DNA of 64,000 bases from an uncultured delta proteobacterium (GTDB lineage Bacteria > Desulfobacterota > Binatia > Binatales > Binataceae), in contig CAVRVY010000003.1 of NCBI GenBank assembly GCA_963724765.1, positions 704,001-768,000 of the forward strand, given 5' to 3'. The translations under genes were made by a program, and so were the position numbers. The notes below the pieces were generated by a model. It was not told where the DNA came from. It did no database searches and saw nothing but the letters and a program-made list of their open reading frames with translations. Below are positions 39,060 to 49,991 of this stretch, piece by piece; position 1 is the first letter of the stretch, and each line of letters begins with the position of its first letter.

Positions 39060-39089
39060 TCGATCGTAACTTGGGGGCTACGTGGGCGG

Positions 39090-39326
39090 CTACTTATCTT
39101 CGATGATTTCGAGGACAACCTTACGATTGGTCCGCGAGGCGACCGCGTTAAGAATCGTGCGGATCGATTTGGCGGTGCGCCCCTGCTTGCCGATCACCCG
39201 GCCCAGATCCTCTTTCGCCACCCGCAGCTCAAGCACCGAGGCAGTATCGCCCTGGGTCTCCTTTACTTCGACCGCGTCAGGATTGTTGACCAACTGCTGC
39301 GCCAGGAACTGTACGAGCTCCTTCAT
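39090..39326 (-). CDS. khpA: KH domain RNA-binding protein
   Basis: DLGRVIGKQGRTAKSIRT; lies between rpsP and rimM. Confidence 0.95.
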   Translation of the reverse strand: MKELVQFLAQQLVNNPDAVEVKETQGDTASVLELRVAKEDLGRVIGKQGRTAKSIRTILNAVASRTNRKVVLEIIEDK

Positions 39327-39350
39327 GGCTGGCTCCTAGACCGGGTGTGG

Positions 39351-39596
39351 TTAGGTAGTGGTGGTTACCTGCAACATGAGTTTCCTTACCGTCGCGGAGG
39401 GCAAAGCGCCAGAGCCGATCCATCGCTCGGCCTGGTCCTTTTGCAACTGGACCTTCGGCGGATCGAAGGACGGGTCATAGGTCCCGATCTGTGCAACACA
39501 ACGGCCGTCACGCGGCGAGCGGCTATCGGCAACCACGATACGATAGAAGGGTCTTTTGCGGCTGCCATGACGGCGCAAACGGATCACAAGTCCCAT
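39351..39596 (-). CDS. rpsP: 30S ribosomal protein S16
   Basis: [27 protein letters not shown]. Confidence 0.97.
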   Translation of the reverse strand: MGLVIRLRRHGSRKRPFYRIVVADSRSPRDGRCVAQIGTYDPSFDPPKVQLQKDQAERWIGSGALPSATVRKLMLQVTTTT

Positions 39597-39622
39597 AAAC
39601 GATAACTCTCCCTGGCGCTATT

Positions 39623-40960
39623 CTAGCTCCCAAGACCCAGGCCGCGCATCATGCCCCGGCCTGAGCCACTGGTGAACTTTTTCATCATTTTGCGGGTCTG
39701 CTCGAACTGTTTCACGAAGCGGTTGACCTCCTGGACCGAGGTTCCGCTGCCGGACGCGATGCGCGCGCGGCGCCGTCCGTTCAGCACCAGGTGGTTATTG
39801 CGCTCCTGCACGGTCATCGAGTCGATGATCGCCTGGATCCGCACCAGCTCGCGCTTGGCCTCTTCGGAGTCGGCCTGGCCAGCGATCTTTTTGAGTCCCG
39901 GAATCATCCCCAACAGATCGCCCAGCGATCCCATCTTGCGCAGCGTCCGCAACTGCTCGGCGAAGTCGGTAATCGTGAATTCGTTTTTTTTGAACTTACG
40001 CTCGAGTTCCTTGGCCTTGGTCTGGTCGTAGCTCTGCTGCGCCTTTTCGATCAGGGTGAGCACGTCGCCCATCCCCAGGATACGCGAGGCCAGGCGGTCG
40101 GGATGGAAAATCTCGAGCGCCGCGAGCTTCTCGCCGGTCCCGGCGAACAGGATCGGCGCGCCGGTGACCGCGCGCACGGAGAGCGCCGCGCCGCCGCGCG
40201 CGTCACTGTCGAGCTTGGTCAGGACCAGGCCCGAAATCTTTAGCCGATCATGAAAGCCCTGCGCCACGTTGACCGCGTCCTGACCGGTCATCGCGTCAGC
40301 CACCAGCAGGATATGATGGGGCAGCACGGCGGCGCGCAGGCGTCCCAGCTCGTCCATCAATTCCTCGTCGATCTGCAACCGTCCAGCGGTGTCGAAGATG
40401 ATCGCGTCGTAGCCGGCGGTCTCGGCGCGCGCCAGCGCGCGGCTGCCGATCTCGATCGGGTCCTCGGTCTCGCGCGTCTCCAGCACCGGCACGCCGACTT
40501 GCGCGCCGAGCACGCGCAACTGTTCCATCGCGGCCGGCCGCCGCACGTCGGTCGAGACCAGCAGCGGATGCCGCTTGCGTTCCTCTTTGAGAAACCGCGC
40601 CAGTTTTGCCGCCGAAGTGGTTTTGCCCGAGCCCTGCAGCCCAACCAGCATGATCTTGACGGGCGGCTTGACCTTGAGGTCCAGCTCGCGCGCGCTGCCG
40701 CCCATCATTTCGCGCAGCTCGATCGCAACGAAGCGGATGAAGTGCTGCTCGGGCGTCAGAGAAGCGAGTACCTCCTGGCCAAGCGCTTTGCGCTTGACGT
40801 GCTCGATAAAGTCGCGGACGACCCGGATATTGACGTCGGCCTCGAGCAGCGCGAGCCGGACCTCGCGCAGCGCTTCTTCGATATTGCGCTCGCTGACCCG
40901 GCCCTGCCCCTTGAGTCTTTTGAAGACGCCTTCGAGGCGATCGCTTAGCGTGTCAAACAT
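39623..40960 (-). CDS. ffh: signal recognition particle protein
   Basis: GLQGSGKTT, DTAGR, TKLDSDARGG, FHPDRLASRILGMGD, M domain. Confidence 0.98.
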   Translation of the reverse strand: MFDTLSDRLEGVFKRLKGQGRVSERNIEEALREVRLALLEADVNIRVVRDFIEHVKRKALGQEVLASLTPEQHFIRFVAIELREMMGGSARELDLKVKPPVKIMLVGLQGSGKTTSAAKLARFLKEERKRHPLLVSTDVRRPAAMEQLRVLGAQVGVPVLETRETEDPIEIGSRALARAETAGYDAIIFDTAGRLQIDEELMDELGRLRAAVLPHHILLVADAMTGQDAVNVAQGFHDRLKISGLVLTKLDSDARGGAALSVRAVTGAPILFAGTGEKLAALEIFHPDRLASRILGMGDVLTLIEKAQQSYDQTKAKELERKFKKNEFTITDFAEQLRTLRKMGSLGDLLGMIPGLKKIAGQADSEEAKRELVRIQAIIDSMTVQERNNHLVLNGRRRARIASGSGTSVQEVNRFVKQFEQTRKMMKKFTSGSGRGMMRGLGLGS

Positions 40961-41025
40961 GGAGGAGGATGATGAGGTCCCGTCGGCGGAATTGATTTTG
41001 TGGTGATTACGCGGCCCAACAAAGA

Positions 41026-41054
41026 AACTTAAGCCACCGTCCGAGTCAAGTCAA
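41026..41054 (-). promoter_or_regulatory. putative sigma70 promoter of the ffh operon
   Basis: Minus strand TTGACT-17 nt-TAAGTT. Confidence 0.55.
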
Positions 41055-41177
41055 CAAAAGCGCCAAAAACGCACCTTCGCGTGGCCTTCGATGCGGACGG
41101 AGGCGGGAACGGCGCACAGGGACGGCAATCGACCTCGCCGCCTCTGCGCCGTTAGCGCGATCTGGCTGGCGAGCGGC

Positions 41178-43316
41178 TCAGTTCGCCTGCTCCCAGTTGC
41201 TCCCGCCGTCGAAGGTGCTGTAGGTGACGCCGCCTGCGGTGAAGATGGTGGCGACGTCCTTGCTCGCGGCGGTAACTCCGATCACGTCGGAGGCCGTCGG
41301 CGAGTTGAGCCGCTCCCAATGCATCCCGTCCGTGGTCAGCAGGATGACGCCCTTGCGGCCGACCGCCCAACATACCGTGTTCGATGGCGCCATGCCGGCC
41401 AGCAGATCGGCTTGGACGCCGGTGGATTGCTGAGCCCAGCTCTTGCGATCATTGGTGCGATAAATCACCCCGGAATTCTGCAGCGACCAGTACACCGAGT
41501 GATCCGGCGACGAGACTAGGCTCGCGCGCGGCGCAACCGGTATGCCAGGAGCGATCGCCACCACGGCCGGCGCGCTGGCGGCCGGCCGGTCCGCCATCGC
41601 GATCTCGTTGCCGGCGCGAGCTGCGCCGGCCGCCGGTCGAGGCGGCGCGGCTGCCGTCCGCATCTGGACCGCAGCCGCTGATTCCTTCGCCTGCGCCTCG
41701 CGCCGCGCCTGCTCCACTCGCCGCTTCAGGTCGGCGTCGCGTTTTGCCTGTTCCGCTTTTCGCGCCAAATCCGCTCTATGGGCCAGAGCCGCTCTGCGGG
41801 CCAAGTCTGCTTTACGCGCGACCTCCGCCTCGCGTTTTTCTTCCGCGATTTGGTCTCGAGCGATTTGTTCCTGTGCGAGATCGCCTTGCGACGTTTTCGC
41901 TGGCGCTGGGGCCACGATGTCCTTCTGGAACTGTTCCAGGTGCGTCGGCGGGGCAACCGCGGCAAGTTCCTGTTGCTTCTGGTTGACGCGGTCGGGTGCC
42001 GCGGCCGTAGCGGCCCGCGCGGCGGTTTCCGTAGCGGGGGGCGCAGCCTTTCTGGCTGCGATCTGGCCGGCGGCCGTGCTCTGCGCGGCGACTGCGCCCG
42101 CGCCGATAGCCGCGCCGGCGATCGGCGCTGCAGTGATCGCCGCCGCGGTGTCTTTCGATCCGGCCGCTGCCGCGCCGGAGGATGTTGGAGGCGTTGCCCG
42201 AGATGTTGCGGGAGCCGTTGCAATTGATGGCATTGCAGCCGCCGCCGAAGCCGCCGCGGCGGGCGTGGTAATCGATGGTGCGGCGGCGGCTGGCGCCGCG
42301 GCAACCGGCGGCACAGCCGACGTTGAAGGCGCGGCGCTGGCGGCTGGCCCGGGCGTTGCGGCTAACGCGCCTAAGGCGGCGGCCGCCTGATCGGCAGTTG
42401 CCGCGGTAGCTTCATTCTGCTCGCTGTTCGCCGGCGCTACCGGCGGCTGCGTGGGAAGGGCGGCCTCCGCGGGCCCACGGGCTTGCGCATTGGCGGGCGC
42501 GTTAGAAGATCCGCCAGCCGTGCCTGCGGCTGTCCCGCCGACAGTGCCGCCGACTTTTGCTTCGGCAGACGTCTCGCCAGGTGCGGTTGGCGGAGCAGCG
42601 GCGGCCGGAGCGGTGCTGCCCGACTTGCGCTCGGCGGGCGCGAGGGGGGCCGACGACCTGTTGCCCGAAATGTTGGCCGGCTTGTTTTCCGGCTGGTTAT
42701 CGTTGAGCGCCAAATCGGGCTGGTCCGAAGCGGCGCTGGAAGAGGGATGCGATTCGTGACGATGATGCCGCGGCGCAACCTTCACCGCGGCGACCTGTTC
42801 GCTCTCTTCCCACCCCACCCTGCCCTGGTACACGTGCACGCCGGCGGCGACGACGACCGCGAGCATCGCGATGGCCGCCGCGGAGACCCCGGCGATGCGC
42901 CACGCGGGGCGGATCTCGAACCAGCGTTCGCGGATGCCAGTTGACTCAGCCGCCGCCCTGCGCGCCGCGGCGGCGGCGAAACCTCCCGCCTCGGAGGCGG
43001 TGTCAACCGTCGGCGCCGCGCGCAGCAGCGCCGCCAGTGTGCCCTGGCATCGCGCGCACCCGGAGAAGTGGGTCTCCAGGCGCGCGCGCTCGACCCGGCT
43101 GAGTGCGTATTCGTAGTAGGACGCGATCACGTCGGAGGAGGGACACTCGGCGCCCTCGGAAGTGTCCGACTCCTCGTCGCCGGGATTGCGGGAAGCGCCA
43201 AGCGCGAGCTTGACCGCGGCCGCGAAACGGTCCTCAAAATCATCGAGCGCCAAGCCAGAACTCCCTATGACCGGAAAATCCTGAGAATTGAACTCTCTGT
43301 GATTGGAACGGACCAA
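41178..43316 (-). CDS. zf-HC2 anti-sigma factor with TM, long Ala/Pro-rich linker, coiled coil and C-terminal YCF48/BNR-like repeats
   Basis: C...HFSGCARC; TM segment; C-term RTND.KSW, WAVGRKGVILLTTDGMHW, TFDGGSNW; start uncertain. Confidence 0.8.
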   Translation of the reverse strand: MVRSNHREFNSQDFPVIGSSGLALDDFEDRFAAAVKLALGASRNPGDEESDTSEGAECPSSDVIASYYEYALSRVERARLETHFSGCARCQGTLAALLRAAPTVDTASEAGGFAAAAARRAAAESTGIRERWFEIRPAWRIAGVSAAAIAMLAVVVAAGVHVYQGRVGWEESEQVAAVKVAPRHHRHESHPSSSAASDQPDLALNDNQPENKPANISGNRSSAPLAPAERKSGSTAPAAAAPPTAPGETSAEAKVGGTVGGTAAGTAGGSSNAPANAQARGPAEAALPTQPPVAPANSEQNEATAATADQAAAALGALAATPGPAASAAPSTSAVPPVAAAPAAAAPSITTPAAAASAAAAMPSIATAPATSRATPPTSSGAAAAGSKDTAAAITAAPIAGAAIGAGAVAAQSTAAGQIAARKAAPPATETAARAATAAAPDRVNQKQQELAAVAPPTHLEQFQKDIVAPAPAKTSQGDLAQEQIARDQIAEEKREAEVARKADLARRAALAHRADLARKAEQAKRDADLKRRVEQARREAQAKESAAAVQMRTAAAPPRPAAGAARAGNEIAMADRPAASAPAVVAIAPGIPVAPRASLVSSPDHSVYWSLQNSGVIYRTNDRKSWAQQSTGVQADLLAGMAPSNTVCWAVGRKGVILLTTDGMHWERLNSPTASDVIGVTAASKDVATIFTAGGVTYSTFDGGSNWEQAN

Positions 43317-43343
43317 CCGCCAAATCGTGCAACGTGCGCGGCC

Positions 43344-44207
43344 TCACTTCGACTCCGAAAACGCGCGCCCCAGATCGAACGGCCATTGCTCGGATGCATA
43401 ATCATAGCACAGCCGGATTTGTTCTTCGCTCAAATGTTGTTCGCGCCGCAGCCAGCGTTCGACCCGTTGCTTGAGATCGCTGCGAGTTTGCTGCAGCCTG
43501 CGCGATACGCTGGAAGGATGCTCGTGCAGGAGCCGGGCGATCTCTCTTAGCGTGAGGTTTTCCAGGTAGTAGTAGCCCAGGCGCAACCGGTCGCGCGCCT
43601 CGAGCGCGCCGAGCGCCTCGCTAAGCGCCGTGCCAAGCGCGTTCACGTAGCGAAAGCGATCGGGGTCGGACGGATCTACCTCCGTCGCAGGTTCGTTCGG
43701 ACTGCTCTCCAGCCGCTTAATCTGCGCCGCCTTGCGTGTCAAGTCAACGAAGCGCCGCGCGAGCATCGCGTGCAGCCAGGTCCCGAGCGAACTGCGCCCG
43801 CCGTAGTAGCCGAGCAGCGAGCGGCGCTCTTGCGAGCGCGGTTCGATCCCATACAGGTCCGCCCACAGCGAATCCGCCAGGTCCCGCGCGTCGGCTTCGT
43901 CGTGGGTCAAGGCGTGCGCCGCGTTGTACATCACGGGCCGGTACTTTTCGATGAAGCCCTCCCAGGCGCGCTCGGCGCCATGCGCGCAGGCGTGCGCGAG
44001 CACGAGGTCGTCGGCACGCAGCGTATCGAGGTATTCGTCGATCGCGGCCGGCTTGGCTTCAGTGTTCCACGACAACACGCTCCGATGCAGCGCCATCCCG
44101 AGGTCGGCCGGGGAGAGGCCGAAGCCGTCGGCGTTGCCGCGCCGATGCAGGCGCATGATCGCCTGCGCGTGCAAGACCAGGAATTCGGCTAACGGGTCGG
44201 TCGGCAT
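43344..44207 (-). CDS. ECF sigma-70 factor with N-terminal extension
   Basis: DDLVLAHACAHG..AW, YYGGRSSLGTWL (region 2), LTLREIARLLHEHPSSVSRRL (region 4). Confidence 0.9.
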   Translation of the reverse strand: MPTDPLAEFLVLHAQAIMRLHRRGNADGFGLSPADLGMALHRSVLSWNTEAKPAAIDEYLDTLRADDLVLAHACAHGAERAWEGFIEKYRPVMYNAAHALTHDEADARDLADSLWADLYGIEPRSQERRSLLGYYGGRSSLGTWLHAMLARRFVDLTRKAAQIKRLESSPNEPATEVDPSDPDRFRYVNALGTALSEALGALEARDRLRLGYYYLENLTLREIARLLHEHPSSVSRRLQQTRSDLKQRVERWLRREQHLSEEQIRLCYDYASEQWPFDLGRAFSESK

Positions 44208-44341
44208 CGTGGGCCGCCGCGGCACGCTCCATCGGCGCCTCGCGGGGGTCTAAGCAGGTATACCGAAAAGAGCCGCGATAGCGAAAAGCCGATTTCTGGG
44301 ACAACGAAAAGCTGGATTGGAAAACGGCGCGGGGACGCCGC

Positions 44342-45874
44342 TTACGGGGCGGGGCGGTCGAGCGAGCGGTACTGGATCGCCTCGCTCACGTGTCGAGCTT
44401 CGATCGGGCCGCCGCCGTCGAGGTCGGCGCAGGTCCGCGCGACCTTCAGGATGCGCGTATAGGCGCGCGCGCTCAGCCCCAGCCGATTGATCGCGAGCTC
44501 GAGCAGCCGCTCGCCCGCGGCCTCGACCTGGCAATGGCTATGCAATTCGCGCGCACCCATCTGCGCGTTGCAGAAGACCCGCGACCCGGCGTAGCGCTGG
44601 AGCTGGACCCCGCGCGCACGGTTGACCCGCTCGCGAATCGACTCCGAGGCCTCGCCCGACGTGCGCGCGGTAAGCTCGCGGTACTTGACCGCCGGAACTT
44701 CGACGTGGATGTCGATGCGATCCAGCAGCGGCCCCGAGATACGCGAGCGGTAGCGCTGGATCATCAGCGGCACGCAGGTGCATTCGTGTTGGCTGTCGGT
44801 GTAAAAACCGCACGGACACGGATTCATCGCCGCCACCAGCATCACGCTGGCCGGGAAGCTCATCGTACCCATTACACGCGCGATGGTGATGCGGTTGTCC
44901 TCCAGCGGCTGCCGCAGAACCTCGATCACGTTCTTGCGGAACTCGGGCAGCTCGTCCAGGAAAAGCACCCCGTTGTGCGCGAGGGAGACCTCGCCGGGGC
45001 GCGGCACCGTGCCGCCGCCGATCAGCCCGGCATCTGAGATCGTATGATGCGGCGCGCGGAAGGGCCGCGTCGCGATCAGCGCCCGCCCGTCCATTACGCC
45101 CGCCACGCTATGCACCTTGGAGGTCTCGATTGCCTCTTCGAAGGTCATTGCCGGCAAGATTGTCGGCAGCCGCTTGGCCAGCATCGTCTTGCCCGAACCC
45201 GGCGGCCCGACCATCAGGACGTTATGTCCGCCCGCGGCGGCGACCTCGAGCGCGCGCTTGGCCTGCTCCTGGCCACGCACTTCGCTGAAGTCGACCTCGT
45301 AATGGCTCGCGGCGGTGAACAAATCGCCGACGTTGGAGGAGTATGGCTCGATCTCGCGCAGCCCCTCGAGGAAGTCGACTGTGTCGCGCAGGGTTTCGAC
45401 GCCAAGCACTGCCGTGCCGTTGCTCGCGACCGAGGCTTCGGCGGCGTTTTCGCGCGGCAGAATGATGCCGGCGTAATGTTTCGAGCGCGCAAGCAGCGCG
45501 CTCGGCAGCGCGCCGCGGATTCCTTTGATCCGGCCGTCGAGCGCAAGCTCGCCCTGGATCAGGTAGTTGCGCACCCGGTCGGCGCTGAGCGCGCCGGTGT
45601 TGGCGGCCAGGATGGCGAGCGCAATCGGCAGGTCGAAGGATGAGCCTTCCTTGCGCGTGTCGGCCGGCGCCAGGTTGATGGTTATCTTGCGGTTGGGAAA
45701 CTCGTAGCCGGAATTTTTGATCGCTGCCTTGACCCGCTCCTGGGCCTCGCGCACCGCGCCCTCGGCGAGGCCGACGGTCCTGAGCTGCGGCACTCCGCCC
45801 GAGATGTCAACCTCGACTTCGACCGGGAAGGCATCCACCCCCGCAAGCGCACTTGAAAGAACGCTGGCTGACAA
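44342..45874 (-). CDS. yifB: YifB/ComM Mg-chelatase-like AAA+ ATPase
   Basis: [57 protein letters not shown]. Confidence 0.95.
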   Translation of the reverse strand: MSASVLSSALAGVDAFPVEVEVDISGGVPQLRTVGLAEGAVREAQERVKAAIKNSGYEFPNRKITINLAPADTRKEGSSFDLPIALAILAANTGALSADRVRNYLIQGELALDGRIKGIRGALPSALLARSKHYAGIILPRENAAEASVASNGTAVLGVETLRDTVDFLEGLREIEPYSSNVGDLFTAASHYEVDFSEVRGQEQAKRALEVAAAGGHNVLMVGPPGSGKTMLAKRLPTILPAMTFEEAIETSKVHSVAGVMDGRALIATRPFRAPHHTISDAGLIGGGTVPRPGEVSLAHNGVLFLDELPEFRKNVIEVLRQPLEDNRITIARVMGTMSFPASVMLVAAMNPCPCGFYTDSQHECTCVPLMIQRYRSRISGPLLDRIDIHVEVPAVKYRELTARTSGEASESIRERVNRARGVQLQRYAGSRVFCNAQMGARELHSHCQVEAAGERLLELAINRLGLSARAYTRILKVARTCADLDGGGPIEARHVSEAIQYRSLDRPAP

Positions 45875-46060
45875 TCGCTACTCCACACCCCGATGCTCCA
45901 CTGTCTTCCACAGTGGTTAACGACGATGCCTAAGTACATTCCGATGAGTGCGTGCGCGCAATAGCGCTTTCTACCGCTGCGCCTGCAGAACGGTGAATTT
46001 GCACTGATTCACTGGTTCGTCGGCGCAACTTCGCGTGCGACGCGCGAGCCCGCCGCGGAA

Positions 46061-47284
46061 TCAGCCCCAGACCGCGCCCTCGGCGATCAGTTCCGCGCGC
46101 TCGACGCGCCCAAGCCCCAATAGCTCGCCCAGGATGTAGTCGTTGTCCTCGCCGACTTCGGGCGCCACCGTGCGAATTGATCCGGGAGTCGCCGAAAGGC
46201 GCATCGGCACACCCGTCACCCGGGTAAAGCTGTTATCGGGAAGTTTGACCGGAGCGAAGAAGCCGCGCTCGGCCAGGTGCGGATCGGTTGCGAGCTCGGC
46301 GCCGTTGAGCACGACGCCGGCGGCGACGCCCGCGCCTTGCAGCAGCGCCATCGCGGCCTCGGCCTCAATAGTTGCGGCCCATCGCGCGACATGCGCGTCG
46401 AGTTCCTCCCGATTGCGCATCCGGAGGTAGAGCGTGCGGAATTTGGGCTCCGTTGCCCATGCTGGATTACCAATCGCGCCCGCGAAGCGTTCCCATTCGG
46501 CCTGCGAGTGCACCGCAATCACGATCCAGCGGTCGTCGTCGTCGCCGCGCGGACGGCATCGGTAGACGCCGTGCGGAGCGGCGGGCGTCTCCTGCGAACG
46601 CCATCCGGGCGGCTCCTGCGTGCGGCCGTTGACCGAGATGTCGAGCAGCGCCGGCCCGGCCAGGCTCGCCAGCGCCTCGAACTGCGACAGGTCGACGAAC
46701 TGGCCGCGTCCGGTCCGCTTGCGATGCCACAGCGCAATCAGCGCCGCCAGCGCGCCGGTATAGCCACCTGCCATGTCGGCGTAGGAGTAGCCGAAGCCTG
46801 CGGGCCCGCCGTGCGAATCGGCCATCATGCGCGTGAATCCCGCCAGCCCATGGAGCGTCGGCCCATAGCTAACGTAGTTGCAGCGCGGCCCGGTATGTCC
46901 CAGCCCCGACATGCTGATGCTTATGATGTCCGGTTTAATTTTCGCCAGGCTCGCGTAGTCCATCCCCCACATCCGCATCACGCGCGCCGAGAAGTTGTCC
47001 ATCACCAGGTCGCTTATCGCGGCGAGACGGCGCGCCAGCTCGACGCCGCGCGGCTTGGTCATATTGATCGCGGCCGAGCGTTTGTTGCGATGCAGTTCCC
47101 CCTGCAGGCCGGTACGCCGCGGGCCCAGCACGCTCATCGCGTTTTCGTCGCCGCGCTCGATCTTGATCACCTCGGCGCCCTGGTCGGCGAGAATCCGCGT
47201 CGCCACCGGTCCGGCGACGACCCAGGTGAAGTCGAGGATGCGCACGCCCTTCAGCGCCATCCGCGCCGTCGCGATCTGGGTCAT
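46061..47284 (-). CDS. class III CoA-transferase (BbsF-like, catalytic Asp present)
   Basis: DFTWVVAGP, GAEVIKIE, RNKRS, DNFSARV, YSYAD. Confidence 0.92.
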   Translation of the reverse strand: MTQIATARMALKGVRILDFTWVVAGPVATRILADQGAEVIKIERGDENAMSVLGPRRTGLQGELHRNKRSAAINMTKPRGVELARRLAAISDLVMDNFSARVMRMWGMDYASLAKIKPDIISISMSGLGHTGPRCNYVSYGPTLHGLAGFTRMMADSHGGPAGFGYSYADMAGGYTGALAALIALWHRKRTGRGQFVDLSQFEALASLAGPALLDISVNGRTQEPPGWRSQETPAAPHGVYRCRPRGDDDDRWIVIAVHSQAEWERFAGAIGNPAWATEPKFRTLYLRMRNREELDAHVARWAATIEAEAAMALLQGAGVAAGVVLNGAELATDPHLAERGFFAPVKLPDNSFTRVTGVPMRLSATPGSIRTVAPEVGEDNDYILGELLGLGRVERAELIAEGAVWG

Positions 47285-47286
47285 AG

Positions 47287-48516
47287 TCAGATCACTCCCT
47301 CGGCAGCCAACGCGGCGAGTTCGTCCGCGCCGAGACCGAGCTCACCGCCGAGGATTTCATCGGTATGCTCGCCGACCAGCGGCGGCCGTCGCGTCACTCG
47401 CCACGGCGAACCGGTGAAGAGGTAGGGCGCGCCGGGATAGCGGAAGGTGCGGCCTAGCTCGGGATGCTCGACCTCGTGAAAATAGCCGCGAGCGGCCAAT
47501 TGCTCGTCGTCGAAAAGATCTTCTGGGTTGCGTATGGAGGCATAGGGAAGGCGCAGCAGTTGCGCGCGCTCCAATAGGTCGTCGCGCGAGTAGTCCTTGA
47601 CCCACTCGTCAAGAACGTCGAACAGATGCTCGGCGTCCTGACGCCGCTTGGCCACATCCTCCCATTCGGGAGCGGTCAAATCCTGCGCCTTGCCGTCGCC
47701 ATTGACCCATTCGACCAGCGAGGTCCAATCGCCCAGCGTGCAATGCAGCACGTGCCCGTCATGGCATCGTCCGATCCGAAAGAAGCGGCTCCAGTGCAGC
47801 GTGCCGTGGCGCCGTTCGATTTCACCCGTGCCGAAGAAGCTGGCCATGAGGTGCTCGACCGCGGAGGCCGTCGCCTCTTGCATGCTGAGGTCTATCCATT
47901 GCCCTTGCCATTTGCCTTCTCCTTGACCTTCGCCGGAGGAGTCGCGGGCCAAAAGCGCGCACATCGTAGCGATCGCCGCGTAGTATGACGCCGAGTGGTA
48001 CGCCTGCAAGCCGAAAGGCCGGACCGGCGCACGGTCGGGAAAGCCGTTGACGTAGAGCATCCCGGAAAGGGCCGTCAGCACGCTGTCGTCAGCTTCATAG
48101 CCGCTATACGGCCCGCTCTGTCCGAACGGCGCGATCGAGCACAGGACCAGCGCCGGGTTAAGCGCGTGCAAAACGTCCCATCCAAAACCCATCCGCGCCA
48201 TCTCGCCTGGCTTGAAACTTTCAATTACGACGTCCGCGCCTTCCGCGAGACGGCGCAATATGGCCGCGCCCTTGGGATGGCCAAGGTCGAGTGTCAGTGA
48301 GCGTTTGTTGAGGTTATAAAACCAAAAGAACAGGCTGCGGTCGCAATGGGGGAGGTCGTCGACGAACGGTCCGACATGCCGCGCCGAGTCGCCGCCGGGG
48401 GGTTCAATCTTGATCACGTCGGCGCCCATGTCGGCCAGCAATCGGGCGCACAGATGCCCCTTGAGGTCGGTCAGATCGAGGACGCGCAGGCCGGCCAGCG
48501 CGCGGCGCTCGGTCAT
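47287..48516 (-). CDS. class III CoA-transferase (BbsE-like)
   Basis: LADMGADVIKIEPPGGD, NLNKRS, PFGQSGPY; QAY at the catalytic-Asp position. Confidence 0.92.
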   Translation of the reverse strand: MTERRALAGLRVLDLTDLKGHLCARLLADMGADVIKIEPPGGDSARHVGPFVDDLPHCDRSLFFWFYNLNKRSLTLDLGHPKGAAILRRLAEGADVVIESFKPGEMARMGFGWDVLHALNPALVLCSIAPFGQSGPYSGYEADDSVLTALSGMLYVNGFPDRAPVRPFGLQAYHSASYYAAIATMCALLARDSSGEGQGEGKWQGQWIDLSMQEATASAVEHLMASFFGTGEIERRHGTLHWSRFFRIGRCHDGHVLHCTLGDWTSLVEWVNGDGKAQDLTAPEWEDVAKRRQDAEHLFDVLDEWVKDYSRDDLLERAQLLRLPYASIRNPEDLFDDEQLAARGYFHEVEHPELGRTFRYPGAPYLFTGSPWRVTRRPPLVGEHTDEILGGELGLGADELAALAAEGVI

Positions 48517-48845
48517 CGGTCCACCTTGGCCGGGGCTTTTCTAAGTGCCATGGTTCTCAAAAAGAGCGTCGGTGGGAGCTGTATAGGGGATGATAGGGGA
48601 GCGGGAATTCGTTTTCAAATCGCAAATCCGGCGATATGGCATAGTGAAGCTTGGAAGCGCGGCAATAGGCAGCAACCTGCCAACGCGGCTTCTATCCAAA
48701 GCCAGTGCAATGAAACGTTTCAAGGCTGCAAATACCAACAATTTCTGTATCGACCCCGTTGTGCACGATATATAAGATGGCCTCTCGCGCCGAATCAGCA
48801 CAAATACGGCTGAGCGCGCCAAAGTCGCGTCATCGGGGGGGAACA

Positions 48846-49583
48846 ATGGCCGACAATTCGGGCTTCAGAGTCGACAGACTCGGCAGCGTCGACGCCAGAA
48901 TTGGGGGTAATGGCGTCGGTCGCATTTTCACGATCCTGGATTATCCATGGATCGCGATCTGGATGAGCCCGCGCGAGACGATCAAAAAGATCGTCGATCG
49001 CGACCCGACCTACCAGGTGATCATGCTCGGAGCGCTGTCGGGCGCACTGTTGATGCTCAATTCGATGCTGGGTGCGGTGCTCGGCTTCGCCCCGACCCCG
49101 CTGCCCGCAGCCTTGGTTCCGTACTTGCCGATCCTGACTTTCGCGAGTCCGTTCCTCGGCGCGTTGTTTGGGCTTCTGGGACTGTACAGCACCGCGTTCA
49201 TGATGCACTGGGCCGGCCGTGCGCTTGGCGGCGTCGGTAACGCGCTCACGGTGCGAGCGGCGGTTGCCTGGTCCGAGGTGCCGCAGATCTGCCTCTCCGT
49301 CGTGATGCTGTTGATCCTTCTGGGCACCGGAGTCTGGCAGGCGCTGGTCCCCTCGATGCCAGACCCCAATGCCGCAGCCGCAGCCGCGGCCGCCGCCGCA
49401 AATCCGTTCACGCTAACGCGCGGAGTCGAGGCGATCATTTCGATCTGGTCGTTCATCCTGTTGTTGCACTGCGTTGGCGAGGTGCATCGTTTTTCGGCCT
49501 GGCGTGCGCTGGGCGCGTTCCTGCTGCCGGGAGTGATTTTTGCCGCGATTGCGATCGTCATCATTAAAATTGCCATGGCCTAA
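48846..49583 (+). CDS. Yip1 family membrane protein
   Basis: IWMSPRETI, GRALGG.G...VRAAVAWS.VP, EVHRFSAWRA. Confidence 0.85.
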   Translation: MADNSGFRVDRLGSVDARIGGNGVGRIFTILDYPWIAIWMSPRETIKKIVDRDPTYQVIMLGALSGALLMLNSMLGAVLGFAPTPLPAALVPYLPILTFASPFLGALFGLLGLYSTAFMMHWAGRALGGVGNALTVRAAVAWSEVPQICLSVVMLLILLGTGVWQALVPSMPDPNAAAAAAAAAANPFTLTRGVEAIISIWSFILLLHCVGEVHRFSAWRALGAFLLPGVIFAAIAIVIIKIAMA

Positions 49584-49991
49584 GTGATGACCCAGCCGCC
49601 CCGGTCGCTCCGGATCCTCATTTGATCCCGCGCCGACGTTGGCGCCAGGAAAGCGGTTGAATCCTGCGCCGCAGGGACCTCCACCTATGCGAATGGCACG
49701 GATAAAATTGGTCAGCGCGGCATTGACCGCCATTGCTCGTCGCGATCGCCGGCGCGGCGCGGACGGCTATCAAAACCGAAATCAGGCGATGAAGGATTTT
49801 TTCCGCGAAATTTTCAAACAGGCGCGCGATCAGCGCCCTGGACGCGCCCGCCAGCGACCCCGCGCCCACACTCGCGGACGTCCACGTGTTACGTTAAGCT
49901 CGGTGCGCGGCCCTCGACGCGGCGCGCAACCAAGAGACGAGTGTGACGATATCCGGAGGGGCCGGCGCGCATCCTTTCGACGCCGGCCATT

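Noticed and set aside
41700-42700. Repeat array or CRISPR in the GC-rich repetitive stretch
   Set aside because: Explained by Ala/Pro-rich coding sequence; no repeat-spacer periodicity or cas genes in the window.
49584-49991. T-box or leader ORF upstream of ileS
   Set aside because: No T-box consensus or terminator found; ORFs there are low-complexity and unsupported.
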